In this document: piece after piece, positions 37,649 to 45,873 of the stretch
Numbering within the stretch: the first letter of the stretch is position 1
Layout: each line of letters begins with the position of its first letter
DNA from: Candidatus Woesearchaeota archaeon
GTDB taxonomy: Archaea; Nanobdellota; Nanobdellia; Woesearchaeales; BM511
NCBI GenBank assembly: GCA_018221135.1
Contig: JAAOYB010000009.1
Location: 1-56,477 of the forward strand
Direction: 5' to 3'
Length of the DNA: 56,477 nt
Program-made: the position numbers and the translations under genes
The notes under the pieces: generated by a model
What the model was told of the DNA's origin: nothing
The model's database searches: none
The model's input: the letters and a program-made list of their open reading frames with translations, nothing else

Positions 37649-38208
37649 TTTCTAAGTTGTTTTATAGCTCTAAGCCTCTCTTCCTCTTCTTTTAATAATG
37701 AAAAATAATCTTCGTATGATTGAAGTATCAAAGCGTTTTTTATAATGGACAAATCACTAAATATTTCTTCTTTGAATTCTTGATTTGTTAGAAAAAAAGC
37801 GTTTTTTGTTTTCTTTTTAGAGAAAACCTTTTTTGTGTCTTCTTCAGTTATGATGTATAAGTTGGTATTGGAATAAATTATGTTTTTCGTCTTTTTAGTG
37901 CTTAAAAGTAAATTCACTAAGTCTAAGATTTTTCTAGGAATTCTTTTTGTTTGCTCTTTTTTTTTGTTTATCTCATCAATTGATAGAAGCGCTATTGCTA
38001 GTTCACTTTGAAGATTTAAACTGCACAAATAACTTTTTCCACGGACTTCTTTTCTTATTACTTCTTGGCTTATCAAAGAATTTATTTTTTGGTTTATGTG
38101 CGGGTATGCTTTGCCGAGTTTTTTTGAGATACTAAGAATTGAGTGCTGGGTTAAGATATCAGAATTAAAAACCCTAATTATTTCTTGCTCTAGTCGGTTA
38201 CCTACCAA
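37645..38208 (-). CDS. Winged-helix-like putative transcription regulator (187 aa), first gene of the giant-protein operon
   Basis: The N-terminal segment ILSISKKLGKAYPHINQKINSLISQEVIRKEVRGKSYLCSLNL fits an HTH plus wing. It is paralogous to ORF 42070..42606. Its stop overlaps the 3684-aa start (ATGA). Confidence 0.55.
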   Translation of the reverse strand: MVGNRLEQEIIRVFNSDILTQHSILSISKKLGKAYPHINQKINSLISQEVIRKEVRGKSYLCSLNLQSELAIALLSIDEINKKKEQTKRIPRKILDLVNLLLSTKKTKNIIYSNTNLYIITEEDTKKVFSKKKTKNAFFLTNQEFKEEIFSDLSIIKNALILQSYEDYFSLLKEEEERLRAIKQLRK

Positions 38209-38269
38209 TTTAGCTTACCCTGCAAATCTACTTTTGGAATAATCTTTTTTAGTCGCGCACAAAAAAATT

Positions 38270-38291
38270 ATTATACTATTTTTAGTATAAT
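38270..38291. promoter_or_regulatory. Perfect 22-bp palindrome (operator candidate), just downstream of a TATA box for the wHTH gene
   Basis: ATTATACTA-TTTT-TAGTATAAT. The minus-strand box AAAGGTTTATAAAA (reverse complement of 38302-38315) lies 11 nt upstream. The palindrome therefore covers the expected transcription start. Confidence 0.5.
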
Positions 38292-38370
38292 TAATATTTA
38301 GTTTTATAAACCTTTCTGTTTATATAACAAATTTTATAGAATATAATAAGATTTTGATAAAAAAATAGTT

Positions 38371-38392
38371 ATTATACTATTTTTAATATAAT
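38371..38392. promoter_or_regulatory. Second copy of the palindrome, 101 bp from the first
   Basis: ATTATACTA-TTTT-TAATATAAT has one arm mismatch and shares the flanking A-run. It abuts the stop of the 503-aa gene at 38400. Confidence 0.45.
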
Positions 38393-38399
38393 AAAGAAA

Positions 38400-39911
38400 T
38401 TATTTTTTTAGTTCTTCATCTTTGTTTTCTTCAGAAACTTTAGAATCTTCTTTTTGTGCAGAAACCCATTCCTTTTCTTTTGGATCACTTTTTTGTTCTT
38501 TTTCTTTTTTTCTTTTTTTGAACAAAACCTTTATTTTATTATGGATGTTTTCAAGATAATCAGTATACATAAAAAGCCGAGGAGTTATGAGATTAATATT
38601 GTTTGAAACCTCAACTATGCGATCCTCATTATTATTCTTATCAGACTCATAAGTATTTTTATCAAGGAATTTATCAACATAATAATTTCTTTGCAACTCG
38701 CGTTGAAGTTGTTCAATAACCTTTTTTTCCTCAAGATAAGTCTTCATCAACCTATTATTATAATAAATCAAAAAATAATAAAGAATTGGCTTATAAACCA
38801 ACACACCAATAATTACAAAAATAATTATTGTAAGCCAGTTGTTCAAAAAGAAATCTGCTACGTCTCTTTTAAAAGACGCTTTATTAATACCTCCAAAAAT
38901 GATATTATCACTCTCTACTTTTATCAAGTTATTCTCCAAACTAACACTAATATTGGCTGCTGCTTCAAAACTCTCAAGAGAATACTCTTTTAACAACGAC
39001 TCATACAAATTAACACTAAGATTATCAAGAATCCCAAGGCTTTCAAAATCACTTATCCTATCCTCTAAGACCAAGATGTCTTTTCTTATATCAATAGCAG
39101 AGGCGGCGAGCTTATTAGCATCACTTATTATATTAACGGCCTCTTCATATTCTTTTTTAGACGCGGCCTCTTCAAACTCAATAAGTAAAAGCGTGATTCT
39201 TTGATAAGAAATATTTTGGTTAACTAATTCTTCTTGGTTTTTTTGATAAGTATTATTTTCTTCTAATATGTTTTTTACAAAACCAAAATCGTCATATCCA
39301 AGCAGAAAAGAAGCGTAATCTTGGTTATCAAAAAAACTTTTTTGATCATTATAATAAGAAAAAAACAACGAATTATTATCGTTTTTGACAGAAAAATTAT
39401 TATTGTATGACTCCAAAGTTTTTATCTTATCTTCTGAGACGTTCTTTAATAAAATATAAGAATCCTCTTTTACTTTATCTGCTTCATCTCTTGCCAAATC
39501 AATGTTCGCAGCCTCAAAATCACTTTTTGCATATAAGAGATTAAGATTAAGACTTATGACGTCAACGCCAAAATCGCCAATTAATCCAAGAAGTTCGGTT
39601 AATTCAATCAATTCTTTTTGTAACTCCACGATGCGCTCTGCTTCTCTAAATACCTCATTTGATTTCTCAAGGGAAGCATTATAATTTCTAGCATTAAAAT
39701 AAACCCTAGCATCCTCATTGATGTTAATTAATGGAAGAGTGGGGTACCCCTCTTGTTGAAGTTCTTCTATTCTAACCCCGGCGGCTTCGTGACTCTCCCT
39801 CGCACTTATAGGGTCATTAGCGTAGACAACACTTGAAACTAAAAGGATTACTAGAAGCAAAAAAAGTGTTTTGACAGTATTATTCTTCGTCGCCATAGAA
39901 CACTTCCTCAA
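38400..39911 (-). CDS. Type I membrane protein with a long helical ectodomain and a K/E-rich cytoplasmic tail (503 aa)
   Basis: Signal peptide TLFLLLVILLVSSVVYA. The middle is coiled-coil-like. A TM helix WLTIIIFVIIGVLVYKPILYYFLIY lies near residue 370. An alternative start is at 39896. The ORF overlaps the end of the KaiC-like gene. Confidence 0.6.
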   Translation of the reverse strand: MRKCSMATKNNTVKTLFLLLVILLVSSVVYANDPISARESHEAAGVRIEELQQEGYPTLPLININEDARVYFNARNYNASLEKSNEVFREAERIVELQKELIELTELLGLIGDFGVDVISLNLNLLYAKSDFEAANIDLARDEADKVKEDSYILLKNVSEDKIKTLESYNNNFSVKNDNNSLFFSYYNDQKSFFDNQDYASFLLGYDDFGFVKNILEENNTYQKNQEELVNQNISYQRITLLLIEFEEAASKKEYEEAVNIISDANKLAASAIDIRKDILVLEDRISDFESLGILDNLSVNLYESLLKEYSLESFEAAANISVSLENNLIKVESDNIIFGGINKASFKRDVADFFLNNWLTIIIFVIIGVLVYKPILYYFLIYYNNRLMKTYLEEKKVIEQLQRELQRNYYVDKFLDKNTYESDKNNNEDRIVEVSNNINLITPRLFMYTDYLENIHNKIKVLFKKRKKEKEQKSDPKEKEWVSAQKEDSKVSEENKDEELKK

Positions 39912-41988
39912 GTGGGTATACTTCTATTCCTTTGCCGCCGATAAAGCCGAAAGGAACGATTTTCTTTTTGTGCTTTACTCCTCTCATCTTAAGAATCTCT
40001 AAAGCGGGCTGCCTAATCGCACCTTGTTTTATGTTATAGAAATTTATGACGCCATCAGCTAAGAAGTCCTCTACTCCTCCGTGACCAACGGTTTCGCTTC
40101 CTTGAATCTCTGTGATGATGAAACTAGTAACTCCTAAGCGCTCAAAAATAATGAATAATTGTTCCACATAAATCCTGTAGACTTCTGGTTGACCAGCAAA
40201 AGCTGCCGCGATGCTTGATAAGCTATCAAGAACTATTCTGTCAGGCTTGAAATCGCTTGGTATTATATCCATGACAGGATCTATATCGATCATTAATTCT
40301 CCTCTTGCTTGAGCTAGGAGTGCTTCTACGCTTCTTGAGAGTTTGAATGAGTCTAACTTCTTGATTTTTAGTGTTCCGTTATCAATGAGTTTCTTAGGAT
40401 TAAGACCATATGTTTCCATGTGTTCTATTAGTCTTTCTTCTTTTTCTTCAAGGCTGATAAACAAGCACTTTTCCCCTTTCTCAGCAGCCCACCCTAATTG
40501 TTGAATACTAAAAGTCGTCTTACCACTACCTGGTCCGCCGCTTACGAGAACTGAGCTTCCTTCGAGGATTCCTTCATCTATTAAGTCATCAAAGCCAGGA
40601 ACCCCTGTTTTTAGGTGTTTTCTTACTCGTCTCTCAACTATTTCTTCTGTTGAGACAATAGCGTTGAATTCTTCTTCATCCGTGCTGACCCCTATTAATT
40701 CGTAGAACTTCTCATCGCTTATGTTGAGTAAGTCAACAGGTTTTTCTAAATCTCCTACGGCTTTATCGTCAGTGCTTATTGTTTGAACCGTTGGTATGGC
40801 CGCGGCTTTTTCTTCTTCTTCTGTCTTTTTTGTTTTTTCTAATTCTAGACGTTTTTGTAATTTGAACTTGTTGAATAATTCTTTTGGGTTTAGTTGCTTG
40901 TTATCAGTATCTAATAATCTTTTTTCTTCTGCGCTAAGACCTTCGAGGCTCTCAGAAACTATTTTTCCTTCTTCAACTTTTTTTGGAGCGCTAAGAACAG
41001 AAGGCTTAGCAGTGCTTGGCGTGGCGACTCCACCTTTTAATCTTTTTTGAAGTTTGAACTTAGCAAACAACTCCTTAGGTTTTAGTGCCTTGTTATCTTT
41101 TTCTAAAAGTTTTTTCTCTTCCGGAGTTAAAGAATCCATACTCACAGCAGGAGTTGAGCTAGGCTTAGGCTTAGTAGGAGTGCTTTGAACTATTGGTTTC
41201 TCTATTGGTTTTAGTTTATCGACTAATTCTTTATGAGCATCAACTGCTGGTTTAGGAATCGGTGCAGGAGTAGGAGGTGGTGTTGGTTTTTCTTCTTTGA
41301 TAATGCTTGGCTGAGTAGGAACGCTACTTAGACCAACTTTTTTTGCGGAATCTTTTGCTTCTAAACTAGTATCAAGTCCATCTTCTAAGTTTAAGCCGGC
41401 GTCTAAGTCATCATCAAGTTCTCCTGAGCTTTTTTTAGGAGGAGGGATAGGAGTAGGGGTGGGTGGTTTGATAGGTTCTTCTACTTTGCTTACTTCTTCT
41501 TTAGGAGTAGGAGTGGCAGGAGGTTTTGCTTGGCTTCGTATTGGTTTTGGACTTGGTTCTTGAGTTAAGTCTGTGTCTAAGTCTAAGTCATCATCTAAGC
41601 CTCTTGGTGCTTCTTGCGTTTTTATCCGAGTAGCAGGGACTTGAGTTGGAGGAGGGAGAGGTTTTTCTTGTGTTTTTGGAATGGTTGGGCTTTGCTGTAT
41701 TTGGATGGTTTGTTTTGCTTGTTCTAAACGCGTCTTAATCTCAGTTATCAAATCATCTTTTCTTAAGACCTTGCTGATTCTTTGGCCGAGTATTTCGTCT
41801 TTGAAAACATTATTTATCCAATTAGCAAAATCGTTTCTTTGCGTGTTTACGTGATTAGAAAAACTAGCTTCGTCAAGACTTCTTATCTTATCAGCTAATT
41901 CGCCTAGGCTTCTTATGATGCTTCCATCACTAAACCTGAAAGCCTGCTCTTCGCCTACAGCGCTTAAGACCCTATTTAAGTCTACCAA
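39880..41988 (-). CDS. KaiC/RecA-superfamily ATPase with an uncharacterised N-domain and a long duplicated P/K/E-rich linker (702 aa)
   Basis: The C-terminal ~250 aa carry Walker A GGPGSGKTTF and Walker B RIVLDSLSS. The linker carries two copies of EEK.LL..DNK.L.PKELF.KFKLQKRL. The N-domain is FRFSDGSIIRSLGELADKIRSLDEASFSNHVNTQRNDFANWI. Confidence 0.75.
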   Translation of the reverse strand: MVDLNRVLSAVGEEQAFRFSDGSIIRSLGELADKIRSLDEASFSNHVNTQRNDFANWINNVFKDEILGQRISKVLRKDDLITEIKTRLEQAKQTIQIQQSPTIPKTQEKPLPPPTQVPATRIKTQEAPRGLDDDLDLDTDLTQEPSPKPIRSQAKPPATPTPKEEVSKVEEPIKPPTPTPIPPPKKSSGELDDDLDAGLNLEDGLDTSLEAKDSAKKVGLSSVPTQPSIIKEEKPTPPPTPAPIPKPAVDAHKELVDKLKPIEKPIVQSTPTKPKPSSTPAVSMDSLTPEEKKLLEKDNKALKPKELFAKFKLQKRLKGGVATPSTAKPSVLSAPKKVEEGKIVSESLEGLSAEEKRLLDTDNKQLNPKELFNKFKLQKRLELEKTKKTEEEEKAAAIPTVQTISTDDKAVGDLEKPVDLLNISDEKFYELIGVSTDEEEFNAIVSTEEIVERRVRKHLKTGVPGFDDLIDEGILEGSSVLVSGGPGSGKTTFSIQQLGWAAEKGEKCLFISLEEKEERLIEHMETYGLNPKKLIDNGTLKIKKLDSFKLSRSVEALLAQARGELMIDIDPVMDIIPSDFKPDRIVLDSLSSIAAAFAGQPEVYRIYVEQLFIIFERLGVTSFIITEIQGSETVGHGGVEDFLADGVINFYNIKQGAIRQPALEILKMRGVKHKKKIVPFGFIGGKGIEVYPLEEVFYGDEE

Positions 41989-42069
41989 AAACGTTTGTCA
42001 CCTCTTCTTTTTTTATTTATATACACCTTTTTTTGTCACCTCTAATTTTGCAAATAAGGTTATTTTAGC

Positions 42070-42606
42070 CTATGTTAGCATCTCGCTTATTAGTTTCCAA
42101 AACTTCTCATAGCCCTCCATTATAATCGTGTTTTTTAGGTTTATACTCCTAAAACCTATTTTGAACTCGTTTTTCTCAAGCAAGGTTATCTTCGGCTTTG
42201 CAGCCCCTCCTATTTTTGATAAGTAAGTATTAGCTCTTTCTTTGTCTTCGCAGACCAAGAAATACTCGTTTTTAGTGATAAAAAGCGATAATAATCCTGG
42301 GGCTTCTTTTAGTAGCCCCACAACTTTTTTTGTGCTCGCATCAATTTTTTTTAAGAATTGAGTTTTGTCTTCTATTGAGTTTAGCATCAATAAACCTAAT
42401 GTTTTTTCGTTAGAATAATTTAGTGAGCAAAGAACTGCGCTCCCAACTATTTTTTTGCTTAATATGCCCTTATCTAAGAATTCTCGAACGTACTTATTAG
42501 TGAAGGCATATGACTTTTTTAGTTCTTTAGAAATCTGGTTTATAGTTAGGTTTAGTGTTAAGTCTTTAGAAAATAAGCTTATTGTCTCCAACTCCGGAGT
42601 TTTCAT
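42070..42606 (-). CDS. Winged-helix-like putative regulator (178 aa), paralog of 37645..38208
   Basis: LTINQISKELKKSYAFTNKYVREFLDKGILSKKIVGSAVLCSLNY shares the pattern ISK.L.K.Y...N......L.......K..G...LCSLN with the 187-aa protein. The C-terminal YE.F/Y...L motif is also shared. Confidence 0.55.
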   Translation of the reverse strand: MKTPELETISLFSKDLTLNLTINQISKELKKSYAFTNKYVREFLDKGILSKKIVGSAVLCSLNYSNEKTLGLLMLNSIEDKTQFLKKIDASTKKVVGLLKEAPGLLSLFITKNEYFLVCEDKERANTYLSKIGGAAKPKITLLEKNEFKIGFRSINLKNTIIMEGYEKFWKLISEMLT

Positions 42607-42636
42607 TTTTGCGATAACTCAATACTAATTTAAATT

Positions 42637-42652
42637 AATTATAGCTATAATT
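42637..42652. promoter_or_regulatory. Perfect 16-bp palindrome in the leader of the second wHTH gene
   Basis: AATTATAGCTATAATT lies 31-46 nt downstream of the minus-strand box GAAAGTTTTATATAC (reverse complement of 42683-42697) and upstream of the start at 42606. Its half-site ATTATA resembles the 38270 palindrome. Confidence 0.4.
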
Positions 42653-42781
42653 TAGTTATAAGTTATCATATTCGTATTAGTAGTATATAAAACTTTCTAT
42701 TATTATTTTGGGTTTAAGAAGAACTAAAAAAAATTATAAAAAACAATTCATACTCGAGAAAAAAAAGAAAAAAATTCTTAT

Positions 42782-43333
42782 TTATGATTGGTTAGGATCA
42801 ATTTTTATAGTCTTATCACTAAACATAGCCAAGTCATTAATCAAAGACTGTTCTTTTTCACCATCAAGAACAGTAAAAACTGCGTTGATACCAAACGCGT
42901 TAATCTTATTTATAAGGCTATGAACAAACTGAGAAGCATTCATAGTATTATGATAAATAAGCAACGTACTAAGACTATCAAATAAGATAACATCAGGGTA
43001 ATCCTTTTGAATAACCTTAGTAATAGCAATACTAATCTCGGTAAGCGCGCTAGGACTACTAACATAGACGCAATCCTCATGCTCGGTGGGTTGCGCCACA
43101 GCAGTCCGAGTAACGCAATCAATGAACCTAAACTTACTACTATCAAGGCCTGTATCCTCTAATTTTCTCTTAAGAGGATTATATAATCTGTTAAGACTAA
43201 CATACAAAACTTTCATGTAATGAATACCTAAAATGCTAACAAGTTGATTAATTTGAACTGGGTAATCCTGAACAGGGAAAACAACAGTAGCAATCCTTGC
43301 GCTAATTAATTCCTCTTTTATTTTAATAACCAT
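42782..43333 (-). CDS. KaiC/RecA-fold protein lacking a Walker A P-loop (183 aa)
   Basis: A Walker B-like VILFDSLSTLL is retained, along with overall KaiC-like periodicity. No GxxGxGK[ST] is present anywhere. Confidence 0.55.
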   Translation of the reverse strand: MVIKIKEELISARIATVVFPVQDYPVQINQLVSILGIHYMKVLYVSLNRLYNPLKRKLEDTGLDSSKFRFIDCVTRTAVAQPTEHEDCVYVSSPSALTEISIAITKVIQKDYPDVILFDSLSTLLIYHNTMNASQFVHSLINKINAFGINAVFTVLDGEKEQSLINDLAMFSDKTIKIDPNQS

Positions 43334-43388
43334 TTTTATGAAAAATAAACCTTAATAATTTTTAATAACAGGTTATTTATTTATTTTT

Positions 43389-43892
43389 CTAATATATTGT
43401 AGAATTACTAGCGGTTCTATTATATAAAAGTGACGAAACAGAGTCAGTAGTGAAAAGCAATATGAACTCTCCTTTAATATCGCTGTTTTTGATATCAAAA
43501 CGTACCTTTATGACCATAAACTCAGAGAAGCCCTCAAAATGAAGTAACATATAATCTTGAAGAGTCCTACCATACGTGCTAATCACATTAGGCGGATCAA
43601 AAGTGATCTTTTTTTGAAAGAACTTAGCAAAACTGCTAAGGTAACTACTATAAATTGCAATGCCAACTTTTTGCATAAGACGCTTATCAGTATCATCAAG
43701 TTCACCTCCTTTTCTTTTATGCTCAGGAGCAAAAGTCCAAGTGATATTAAGCGCTGATTTTGTAGGGATAATAGTAAAAGTCTTTCCTTCCATGCCCTCT
43801 TTTATCTCACTAAGAATACCAACTACGATTCCATAAGGATCTGGAAGCAATTTCTTTATCATAGTTATATTACTAAAACTTAAATCAGGCAA
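43389..43892 (-). pseudogene. N-terminally truncated CheC-like paralog (catalytic motif lost, only a TTG start)
   Basis: Most positions are identical to residues ~50-215 of ORF 44547..45212. Homology continues upstream of the TTG in the same frame (SKIFSKRVNIGLPDL versus SNIFKKRVNITLPDL) until an in-frame TAG. The D-x3-E-x2-N segment is absent. Confidence 0.55.
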
Positions 43893-44437
43893 GCCGATAT
43901 TGACTCTCTTACTAAAAATTTTTGATTGACATCTAGAACTATACCTTTTCTAGTAATTGCTATACCTTCAAATGCTGCTTTGTAAAATGTTGAGAGACGC
44001 TCCTCGCTTTCCATTAAATCTTTTTTTGTTTCTATTTCTTTTATGATATCAATAGACGAACCAATCATGCCTATCTCTTTTCCGTTCTTATCTTTTAACA
44101 TCGATAAAAGAAGCCTGACAAAAACTGTTTCTTTATTCTTCTTAACTAGCCTAACAATTTTTTGATGTAACCCTTTTTCTTTCAATGGTTTTATGATTTC
44201 ATTAACTAATAAATCACGATCTTCATCCAGATAGAGTATACTAATATGTTCGCCAATTATTTCTGAGGATTTATAGCCAAAAAGGTTTTCTGAGCGTTTA
44301 TTCCAACTTAATATGTTTCCTTCCAAATCAGTTGAGATTATCGCGTCTTGAATCTGGTTAAGAAGTTGTTCGTTAAACCATTTTTTTGAACTTGGCATTG
44401 ACTCGTTTTTTTTTCTCAGATTTCCTTTTGTACACAT
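43880..44437 (-). CDS. PAS-domain protein, C-terminally truncated inside a second PAS domain
   Basis: One complete PAS domain runs from IISTDLEGNILSWNKRSENLFGYKSSEIIGEHISILY to KNGKEIGMIGSSIDI. A second PAS then begins at FYKAAFEGIAITRKGIVLDVNQKF. The frame next runs about 14 codons out of frame into CheC-like sequence and stops. Confidence 0.6.
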   Translation of the reverse strand: MCTKGNLRKKNESMPSSKKWFNEQLLNQIQDAIISTDLEGNILSWNKRSENLFGYKSSEIIGEHISILYLDEDRDLLVNEIIKPLKEKGLHQKIVRLVKKNKETVFVRLLLSMLKDKNGKEIGMIGSSIDIIKEIETKKDLMESEERLSTFYKAAFEGIAITRKGIVLDVNQKFLVRESISACLI

Positions 44438-44546
44438 AATTTTTCCAACAACAAGATATATGTAAAAAGTATGTAAAACGCTTTTCGAATTTACTTATTT
44501 ATAAAAGTATAGAAAAACATTAAATTATTTGTTTATGATAATTACT

Positions 44547-45212
44547 TTATTTTTCTTTTTCTTCTGGTTTGCCAAAAGCTCTAATATTATACAGAAGTGA
44601 CGAGATACTCTCAATAGTGAAAAGCAACACGAACTCTCCCTCAATCTCGGTGTCTTCGATTTTAAAACCGACCTTTATAACCATGAATTCTGAGATGTTC
44701 TCAAAATGAAGCAATACGTAATCATGAACAGTCCTACCATAAGTGCTAATCACACTAGGAGGCTCAAAAGTAATCTTTTTTTGAAAGAACTTAGCAAGAC
44801 TGCTAAGATAACTACTATAAATCGCGACTCCAACTTTTTGAATAAGAAGCTTATCCGTTTCGTCTAAGCCCTCACTACCCCTCTCGTGATCCGGGGCGAA
44901 CGTCTTAGTGATGTCAAGCGCGGACTTAATAGGGATAATAGTTAAGATGTTTCCCTTCATCCCATCTTTTATCTTACTAAGAATACCAACGACCATCTCA
45001 TTAGGCCCAGCGATAATGCCATCAATCTCGCTTAGCTTAGCAATAACTAAGTCAGGCAAAGTAATATTGACTCTCTTCTTAAAAATGTTAGAGAGAGCCT
45101 TAGACGCGTTACCAGTACCTATATTAGCGGTTTCTTTAATAGCATCCAACTCTATTTGTTCAACTTTGAACTTAGAAGGAGCACTCTCTTGCTCAAATTC
45201 TTTTTCTCCCAT
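44547..45212 (-). CDS. CheC-like protein with only the first phosphatase site intact (221 aa)
   Basis: Site 1, DAIKETAN followed by 22 residues then P, is intact. At site 2 (DKLLIQKV) both the E and the N are substituted. Confidence 0.7.
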   Translation of the reverse strand: MGEKEFEQESAPSKFKVEQIELDAIKETANIGTGNASKALSNIFKKRVNITLPDLVIAKLSEIDGIIAGPNEMVVGILSKIKDGMKGNILTIIPIKSALDITKTFAPDHERGSEGLDETDKLLIQKVGVAIYSSYLSSLAKFFQKKITFEPPSVISTYGRTVHDYVLLHFENISEFMVIKVGFKIEDTEIEGEFVLLFTIESISSLLYNIRAFGKPEEKEK

Positions 45213-45235
45213 AAAATCACTATGTAAAAATATTC

Positions 45236-45250
45236 ATATATAAAACTTTT
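45236..45250 (-). promoter_or_regulatory. BRE/TATA box for the CheC-like gene, overlapping the cheW stop
   Basis: The reverse complement reads AAAAGTTTTATATATG. Its proximal end is 24 nt upstream of the start at 45212. Confidence 0.45.
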
Positions 45251-45873
45251 TAATCCAATTCAGCTTTTTTACTCACTTCATGAATTTCTTTAATCTTACT
45301 AATATTCTCTAATTCTTCAACGCCAAGAATATGCGCGAAATCAACAACTATTATCAAACGATCATCACTAACAACAGCGACAGAAAGCAAATAATCACCG
45401 CCAACCCTATCCTTAATGATCTTAGGAGCATCTTGGATTTTATCAATGCCTATACGTAACACTTCTGTGACGCTATCAACAACAAAACCAATAACGCCAT
45501 TACCAATCTCAGTGATTATAATCCTGCTATAACTATCAAATTTTTTAGAATTCAACCCCAACTTCTTATCTAAGTCAACAATAACAATTACTTCACCCCT
45601 AAGATGAATAATCCCGCAAATATAAGTATCAGTTTTAGGAATGTTAGTAATCGCGCCAGCCTTTATAATCTCTTTAACACTATGGATGTAAACACCGAAT
45701 TCTTCATTTTCTAGATTAAAAATTACTAATTGTTTTTCCTCGCTACTTTTTTGTTTTTCAAAACCGAAATCAAACCTATCAAAACCCTCATCAATTGGTT
45801 TAGATTGAGAACTTGGTTCTTCAGGTGGGGCTTTGTTGTTTAGATTGTTCATCTTTCTCAGCTTTACTGACAC
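45250..45873 (-). CDS. cheW: CheW coupling protein with a short N-terminal extension
   Basis: 207 aa with the CheW core [54 protein letters not shown]. The start overlaps the MCP 3' end. Confidence 0.8.
   Translation of the reverse strand: MSVKLRKMNNLNNKAPPEEPSSQSKPIDEGFDRFDFGFEKQKSSEEKQLVIFNLENEEFGVYIHSVKEIIKAGAITNIPKTDTYICGIIHLRGEVIVIVDLDKKLGLNSKKFDSYSRIIITEIGNGVIGFVVDSVTEVLRIGIDKIQDAPKIIKDRVGGDYLLSVAVVSDDRLIIVVDFAHILGVEELENISKIKEIHEVSKKAELD

Noticed and set aside
43880-43925. The tail of the PAS ORF (KFLVRESISACLI) looked at first like in-frame homology to CheC (IFKKRVNITL). That would have implied a PAS-CheC fusion protein split by a frameshift.
   Set aside because: Translating the other frame gives a far better match (SKIFSKRVNIGLPDL), continuous with the 167-aa ORF. 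The CheC-like homology is therefore in a different frame and is bounded upstream by a TAG. This fits a deletion junction, not a simple frameshift of a fusion gene.
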